NCBI GenBank assembly: GCA_049694795.1
Contig: JBAVRG010000452.1
Coordinates: 1-46,535, forward strand
Reading direction: 5' to 3'
DNA length: 46,535 bases
Source of the DNA: Mycobacteriales bacterium
GTDB taxonomy: Bacteria > Actinomycetota > Actinomycetes > Mycobacteriales > SCTD01
The notes under the pieces are model-generated. The model was not told the origin of the DNA. It searched no databases and worked only from the letters and a program-made list of their open reading frames with translations. Both the position numbers and the translations under genes were made by a program. This document shows positions 41,421-46,535 of this stretch, one piece after another; the stretch's first letter is position 1; each line of letters starts with the position of its first letter.

Positions 41421-41606
41421 CTAGTAGGCGTCTTCCATGATGCGGAACACCCCGCCGGTCACGATGCCCGCGAGCAGGACGACCCCGCCGGCGATCCCGA
41501 GCGCCCCCGAGTGCATGGGCAGCGCGAAGCCCAGCAGCACGCTCGCGATGATGATGAGCGCCACAGTGACCCACGAGGTCGCCTTGACGTTGTGGCCGCC
41601 GGCCAT
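41421..41606 (-). CDS. Small two-TM membrane protein (HGxxPAAW-like)
   Basis: Start re-set to MAGGHNVKATSWVTVALIII.. with GAGGAGG about 6 nt upstream. Product is 61 aa. Confidence 0.65.
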   Translation of the reverse strand: MAGGHNVKATSWVTVALIIIASVLLGFALPMHSGALGIAGGVVLLAGIVTGGVFRIMEDAY

Positions 41607-41747
41607 GGGGTGCCTCCTCGGCATGCAGCTGGAGCTGGGCAGGGATGAGCAGGTCTGACGAGCTCCAACTCTAGCGACGCGCCCGGAGCTCCTCGACGCC
41701 GGGACGAACAGGAACAAGGCGACAGGCCGCCGGAGTTCAGACAGGAC

Positions 41748-42803
41748 GTGAGCACCCTCTTCCAGCCCCTGACCCTGCGTGGCACCACCCTCCGGAACCG
41801 CGTGGTGGTGAGCCCCATGTGCCAGTACTCGTGCGTGGACGGCCTGCCGACGGACTGGCACCTCGTGCACCTCGGTTCGCGGGCCGTGGGGGGCGCCGGT
41901 CTGGTCCTCACCGAGGCCTCCGCCGTCAGCCCGGAGGGACGGATCAGCCCCGACGACGCGGGCCTCTGGGACGAGGCTCAGGCGGAGCGCTGGGCGCGGG
42001 TCACGGCCTTCGTGAAGGCTCAGGGCGCCGTACCGGGGGTGCAGCTGGCCCACGCCGGTCGCAAGGCGAGCACCTATCGCCCCTGGCACGAGAAGCGGGG
42101 CACGGTTCCCGTGGAGGAGGGCGGCTGGCCGACGGTCGCGCCCAGCGCGGTCGCGTTCGGGCGGTACGCCGTACCGCGCGAGCTCGACGCCGAGGGCATC
42201 GCGAAGGTCGTCACGGACTTCCGGGCCGCTGCGGAGCGCGCACAGCGGGCCGGGTTCGAGGTCATCGAGCTGCACGCGGCGCACGGGTACCTGCTGCACC
42301 AGTTCCTCAGCCCGCTGGCCAACACCCGCACCGACGCGTACGGCGGCAGCTTCACGGGCCGCAGCCGGCTGCTGCTGGAGGTGGTGGCCGCGGTGCGCGA
42401 GGTCTTCGCCGGACCCCTGCTCGTCCGCATCTCCGGCACCGACTGGGTCGAGGGCGGCTGGACGGTCGACGACTCGGTCCGGCTCGCCCCGCTGCTGGCG
42501 GCTGCGGGTGTCGACCTGGTCGACGTCTCCAGCGGCGGTCTGCACCACGCCCAGCAGATCCCGGTCGGGCCGGGCTACCAGGTGCCGTTGGCCGAGGCGG
42601 TGCGGGCCGCCGGCATCCCGACCGGCGCCGTCGGGCTCATCACCGAGCCGAAGCAGGCCGAGGAGATCCTCACCTCCGGTCAGGCCGACGTCGTGCTCCT
42701 GGCCCGAGAGCTGCTGCGCGACCCGTACTGGCCGCTGCGCGCGGCGACCGAGCTCGGGGACGAGATCACCTGGCCCAAGCAGTACGAGCGCGCCCGTCCG
42801 TGA
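41748..42803 (+). CDS. NADH:flavin oxidoreductase / NADPH dehydrogenase (Old Yellow Enzyme, YqjM/NamA-like)
   Basis: 351 aa with LRNRVVVSPMCQY, QLAHAGRKAS and ELHAAHGYLLHQFLSP. Confidence 0.92.
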   Translation: MSTLFQPLTLRGTTLRNRVVVSPMCQYSCVDGLPTDWHLVHLGSRAVGGAGLVLTEASAVSPEGRISPDDAGLWDEAQAERWARVTAFVKAQGAVPGVQLAHAGRKASTYRPWHEKRGTVPVEEGGWPTVAPSAVAFGRYAVPRELDAEGIAKVVTDFRAAAERAQRAGFEVIELHAAHGYLLHQFLSPLANTRTDAYGGSFTGRSRLLLEVVAAVREVFAGPLLVRISGTDWVEGGWTVDDSVRLAPLLAAAGVDLVDVSSGGLHHAQQIPVGPGYQVPLAEAVRAAGIPTGAVGLITEPKQAEEILTSGQADVVLLARELLRDPYWPLRAATELGDEITWPKQYERARP

Positions 42804-43591
42804 GCCGCATCGAGGACCCCGCTGACCCGCGGATCGCGGACTACGTCGGGTTGACCGACGTGGTGCGCCGCACCAAGCACGAGCCGGAGAAGGGGTTCTT
42901 CCTGGCCGAGGGCGAGCTCGTCATGCAGCGCGCCGCACGGGCCGGCTACCCGCTCCGCTCGGTGCTGCTCGCGGACAACCGCGTGCTGCCCTCCGGACTG
43001 CCGGAGGCGCCGGTCTACACCGCGTCCTACGACGTCCTCGAGGCCGTCACGGGCTTTCACGTGCACCGGGGCGCCCTGGCGTCGTTCGGACGGCTGCCGC
43101 TGCCGAGCGTCGCGCAGGTGCTCGAGGTCGCGCGGCGCGTCGTGGTGCTCGAGGACGTCAACAACCACACCAACCTCGGGGCGGTGTTCCGCAGCGCGGC
43201 AGGGCTGGGCATGGACGCGGTGCTGCTCAACGAGCGCTGCTGCGACCCGCTCTACCGGCGTGCCGTGCGGGTGTCGATGGGGGAGGTCTTCGCGCTGCCC
43301 TACGCCTACCTCGACAGCTGGCCCGCAGACCTGGATCTGCTGCGCAGCAAGGGCTTCCGCGTTCTCGCCCTCACGCCCGCTGCCGACGCCACCCCGCTCG
43401 ACGAGGTCCGGCTCGACGACGACGACCGGGCCGCGCTGCTGTTCGGTGCCGAGGGTCCGGGGCTCACCGACCAGGCGCTGGGTGCCAGCGACCTGCGGGT
43501 CCGGATCCCCATGGCCCGCGGCGTGGACTCGCTGAACGTCGCCGCCGCCGCGGCCGTGGGGTGCTGGGTGGTGGGTCGGCGACCGCGGTAG
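42800..43591 (+). CDS. TrmH/SpoU family RNA 2'-O-methyltransferase
   Basis: GTG start via the GTGA overlap with the OYE stop. SPOUT motifs are NLGAVFRSA, LLFGAEGPGL and IPMARGVDSLNVAAA. Product is 263 aa. Confidence 0.88.
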   Translation: MSRIEDPADPRIADYVGLTDVVRRTKHEPEKGFFLAEGELVMQRAARAGYPLRSVLLADNRVLPSGLPEAPVYTASYDVLEAVTGFHVHRGALASFGRLPLPSVAQVLEVARRVVVLEDVNNHTNLGAVFRSAAGLGMDAVLLNERCCDPLYRRAVRVSMGEVFALPYAYLDSWPADLDLLRSKGFRVLALTPAADATPLDEVRLDDDDRAALLFGAEGPGLTDQALGASDLRVRIPMARGVDSLNVAAAAAVGCWVVGRRPR

Positions 43592-43617
43592 GTCGGCTGT
43601 CCTGTAGGAAGTGCGGC

Positions 43618-44082
43618 GTGACGCGACTCCTGTGGACCCTGCCCGTGCTCGTCCTGCTCGCCGCCTGCGGCGGTGGTGGGGGTGCGAAGAAGGCCGACTA
43701 CCTGAAGAAGGCCGAGGCCATCTGCAGCAAGGCCAACACCGACCAGGACGCCCTCACCTCGCCGACCGCGGTGGCCGACATCCCGCCGTACATCGACAAG
43801 GTCCTGGCGCTGGCGGACCAGGCCACCTCCGACCTGAAGGCGCTCGAGGTCCCCAAGGGGGACAAGGCCGAGCTGGACAAGAGGTTCCTGGTCCCGCTCA
43901 GCAAGCAGGTGGAGGAGGGTCGGACGTTCGGGGAGAAGGTGACCGCCGCGGCGAAGACGAAGGACAACGCCACGCTGACCAAGCTGATCTCCCACCCGCC
44001 GCTCGCGACCAAGGCCGACCTGACCTGGATGAAGCGCTACGGCTTCAAGGAGTGCGTGAAGGCGGCGGACACCGAGAGCTAG
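43618..44082 (+). CDS. Lipoprotein, unknown function
   Basis: GTG start with AGGAAG upstream, and a signal peptide plus lipobox (LVLLAAC-GGGG). Product is 154 aa. Confidence 0.75.
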   Translation: MTRLLWTLPVLVLLAACGGGGGAKKADYLKKAEAICSKANTDQDALTSPTAVADIPPYIDKVLALADQATSDLKALEVPKGDKAELDKRFLVPLSKQVEEGRTFGEKVTAAAKTKDNATLTKLISHPPLATKADLTWMKRYGFKECVKAADTES

Positions 44083-46451
44083 TCGACGAGGTCCAGCGCG
44101 GCCTCGACGACCGACCGGGCGTCCAGCCCGTGGTGGGCATGGACCTCCTCCACCCCGCCGCCCTGGCCGAAGGTCGACACCCCGAGGCAGCTGACGGGGG
44201 TGCCGGTCACGGTCCCGAGGAACGCCAGGGTGTGCGGGTGCCCGTCGAGCACCGTGACCAGCGGCGCGCGGGCGCCGAAGGCCCTGTCGAGCACGCCCTC
44301 GTCGACCCCGTGCGCCGGCCCGCGAAGCAGCCCGCGGCGGGCCTGCACCGCTCGCCAGAGGCGGTCGTAGGAGGTCACCACCACGACGTCCGCGGCGACG
44401 CCCAGGGACTGCAGCTCGTCCGCGGCAGCAAGGACGTTCGGGACCAGGGCCCCGACCCCGACGAGGGTGACCGCGGGGGCGCCGGTGGAGCGCAGCAGGT
44501 AGGCGCCGGCCAGCACGTCGCGGCGGCGCTGCGCCCGATCCTCGGGCAGGTCCGCGAGGGCCTGGTCGACCGGCCGCGTCGACAGGCGCAGGTAGGCGGA
44601 CTCGCCGTCCGGGCGGCCCAGCCGCGAGAGGGCGTCCAGCAGGCACCACTCGGTCTCGATCGCGAAGGCCGGCTCGTACGCCGTCACCCCGGGCTGCTCG
44701 AGGCCGATCGACGGCGTCCCGATGCTCTGGTGGGCACCGCCCTCGGGTGCCAGCGTCACCCCTGACGGCGTGCCGACCAGGATGCTCTGCCCGCCTGCGT
44801 AGGTGCCGAACGACCACGGCTCCAGCGCGCGCCCGACGAAGGGGTCGTAGACGGTGCCGATGGGCAGCAGCGGCTGCCCCAGCGTGGTCCAGGTGGCGCC
44901 GAGCTCCCCGAGCAGGCCGACCAGGTTGACCTCGGCGATGCCGAGCTCGATGTGCTGCCCGGTCGAGGTCTCGCGCCATCGCACGAGGCGGTCGCCGTCG
45001 GTCGTCGGGTCGTCGGCGAACCAGTCGTGCCGGTCCTGCGGTGACCAGACGCCGACCTTGTTGATCCAGCCGCCCTGGTTGGTCGACGACGCGACGTCGG
45101 GGGAGACGGTGACGAGGCGGGCGGCGACCTCCGGTGCGTCGCGGGCGAGGTCGGTGAGGACCCGCCCCAGCGTGGCCTGCGTGGAGTGCTCGCCGCGATA
45201 GGCCCGTCCCAGCTCCCCCGGTACGGCGGGCACGGCCCCGGCAGGCAGGGGTGCACGCGCCAGTCGCGCAGCCACCGCGGCGCAGAACCGGCCGGCCGGG
45301 GAGTCCTCGGGGAAGGCCTCCCACGGCTCGTCTGCGCAGGTGCCGAGGGCGTCCGCGAGCGCGCGGTACTGCTCCTCGCTGAGCAGTGCGCTGTGGTTGG
45401 ACGGCGAGCCCTCGACCGGCAACCCGTAGCCCTTGATGGTGTAGGCGAAGACCACGGTGGGTCGGGTGTTGTCGACCGCCTTGAAGGCCGCCCGCAGCTC
45501 GGCGAGGTCGTGACCACCCAGGTCGCGCAGCGCCTCGCGCACCTGCTCGTCGGTGAGCGGCTCGAGGAGGGCACCGAGGGGGAGCGAGTCACCGACCAGC
45601 CGGGCGCGCAGCGCCTCCAGCGGGCTGCGCAGCAGGAACTGGTACTCCTCGTTGCCCATCTGGTCGAGGCGCCGGCGCAGCGCCTCGCCACCGGTCCGGC
45701 TGAACAGCTCCTGCAGCCGCCGGCCGTACTTGACCTCGAGGACCTGCCAGCCGGCGGCCTCGAACATGCCCTGCCAGCGGCTGATGGCGATGTCAGGGAC
45801 GATCCGGTCGAGGGACTGCCGGTTGAGGTCGACGACCCAGAGGACCTCACCGAGCTTCTGCACCATCGGGTCGGCGACGCACTCCCAGATGGCGCCCTCG
45901 TCGAGCTCGGCGTCGCCCAGCAGCGAGATCTGCCGGCCGCCGGGTTCGACGTCGAAGTGCGCGCTGACGTACCGGCGGGCGATCGCCCCCCAGACCGGCG
46001 CGGTCGCGCCGATCCCCACCGACCCGGTGGAGTAGTCGGGCCGGTCGGGGTCCTTGGTGCGCGAGGGGTACGGCTGCAGGCCACCGAGCTCTCGCAACCG
46101 CGGGAGGTAGGACGCGTCGAGCGAGCCCAGCAGGAAGCTGAGGGCGTGCAGAACCGGTGAGGCGTGCGGCTTGACCGAGACCCGGTCGGCCGGGGTGAGG
46201 TGCTCCCACCACAGCGCCGTCATGATGCTGACCATCGACGCGCTGGAGGCCTGGTGGCCGCCGACCTTGACGCCGGAGGTGTTGGGGCGCCGGGCGTTGG
46301 CCGCGTGCACGATGCTCGTGGCGAGCCACAGCACCCGCTGCTCGACCTGCTTGAGGACGTCCTCGGGGTCTGTCACGGCGGCATTCAACCAGTCGTCAGC
46401 GGCTCCCACCGGCTGCGGCGCGACGGGCCCGGCGGTGCCCGCCCGCCTCAC
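44079..46451 (-). CDS. Homodimeric-type 2-oxoacid dehydrogenase E1 component / transketolase-like ThDP enzyme (AceE-like)
   Basis: 790 aa with AceE-like N-terminal region (VGGHQASSASM..KPHASP..), the ThDP motif GDAELDEG and transketolase-like pyrimidine and C-terminal domains. Confidence 0.85.
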   Translation of the reverse strand: MRRAGTAGPVAPQPVGAADDWLNAAVTDPEDVLKQVEQRVLWLATSIVHAANARRPNTSGVKVGGHQASSASMVSIMTALWWEHLTPADRVSVKPHASPVLHALSFLLGSLDASYLPRLRELGGLQPYPSRTKDPDRPDYSTGSVGIGATAPVWGAIARRYVSAHFDVEPGGRQISLLGDAELDEGAIWECVADPMVQKLGEVLWVVDLNRQSLDRIVPDIAISRWQGMFEAAGWQVLEVKYGRRLQELFSRTGGEALRRRLDQMGNEEYQFLLRSPLEALRARLVGDSLPLGALLEPLTDEQVREALRDLGGHDLAELRAAFKAVDNTRPTVVFAYTIKGYGLPVEGSPSNHSALLSEEQYRALADALGTCADEPWEAFPEDSPAGRFCAAVAARLARAPLPAGAVPAVPGELGRAYRGEHSTQATLGRVLTDLARDAPEVAARLVTVSPDVASSTNQGGWINKVGVWSPQDRHDWFADDPTTDGDRLVRWRETSTGQHIELGIAEVNLVGLLGELGATWTTLGQPLLPIGTVYDPFVGRALEPWSFGTYAGGQSILVGTPSGVTLAPEGGAHQSIGTPSIGLEQPGVTAYEPAFAIETEWCLLDALSRLGRPDGESAYLRLSTRPVDQALADLPEDRAQRRRDVLAGAYLLRSTGAPAVTLVGVGALVPNVLAAADELQSLGVAADVVVVTSYDRLWRAVQARRGLLRGPAHGVDEGVLDRAFGARAPLVTVLDGHPHTLAFLGTVTGTPVSCLGVSTFGQGGGVEEVHAHHGLDARSVVEAALDLVD

Positions 46452-46535
46452 GCCCAGAGCGGGACGAGCAGGCCGAGCAGCGGGCTGAGCGCCACTGCGG
46501 CAGCGAGCAGGGCCAAGCCGGCCACTGCCCGGCGC
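46448..46535 (-). CDS. 3' end of a hydrophobic protein gene (cut by window edge)
   Basis: My translation is ..RRAVAGLALLAAAVALSPLLGLLVPLWA*. The TGA overlaps the GTG start of the E1 gene (GTGA). Confidence 0.4.
   Translation of the reverse strand, partial: RRAVAGLALLAAAVALSPLLGLLVPLWA

Noticed and set aside
1-46535. Search by eye for CRISPR arrays, tRNA/rRNA genes, IS elements, integrases and long tandem repeats.
   Set aside because: I saw no regularly spaced repeat arrays, no cloverleaf-like low-GC islands, and no transposase or integrase-like ORFs. Absence cannot be proven without tRNAscan, Infernal or ISfinder runs.

Overview
Very high-GC actinobacterial chromosomal segment; third codon positions are almost all G/C, and 4-nt ATGA/GTGA start/stop overlaps are common. 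I recognised no rRNA, tRNA, CRISPR array, transposase or integrase. There are three blocks. (1) 470-12825 is a complete group 1h ('group 5', Hhy-type, high-affinity, O2-insensitive) [NiFe]-hydrogenase locus. It is a nearly gap-free 13-gene minus-strand operon: hhyS, hhyL, a NifU/Rieske gene, three genes of unknown function, the maturation protease, a 39-aa membrane microprotein absent from the ORF track, hypA, hypC, a hypC paralogue, hypD, hypE. hypF is divergent, no hypB is present, and a tandem-SIS gene lies next door. (2) 14126-25004 is a nitrate assimilation unit. narK and a HemD-OmpR fusion regulator are on the minus strand. Divergent from them is a coupled plus-strand operon: nitrate reductase, NirB-like flavoprotein, nirB, nirD, mobA, a small unknown gene, moeA. 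The shared intergenic region carries two oppositely oriented arrays of phased GnnAC pentamers. (3) 25-46.5 kb holds mixed housekeeping and accessory genes: GNAT, amidase operon, secreted protein with a hairpin-rich leader, quinone oxidoreductase, S51/SDR pair, ferrochelatase, FNT channel, serB, DUF3097-like, SF2 helicase, OYE, TrmH, lipoprotein, E1-type dehydrogenase. Several clean hairpin terminators sit between convergent genes. The best candidate for undescribed biology is the set of uncharacterised genes locked into the hydrogenase operon (4136-6674 and 3541-3660), seen together with the missing hypB. Many long ORFs in the track are wrong-frame or antisense shadows typical of high-GC DNA. 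Several real genes start well inside their listed ORFs, so I re-set those starts using overlap, RBS and motif evidence.
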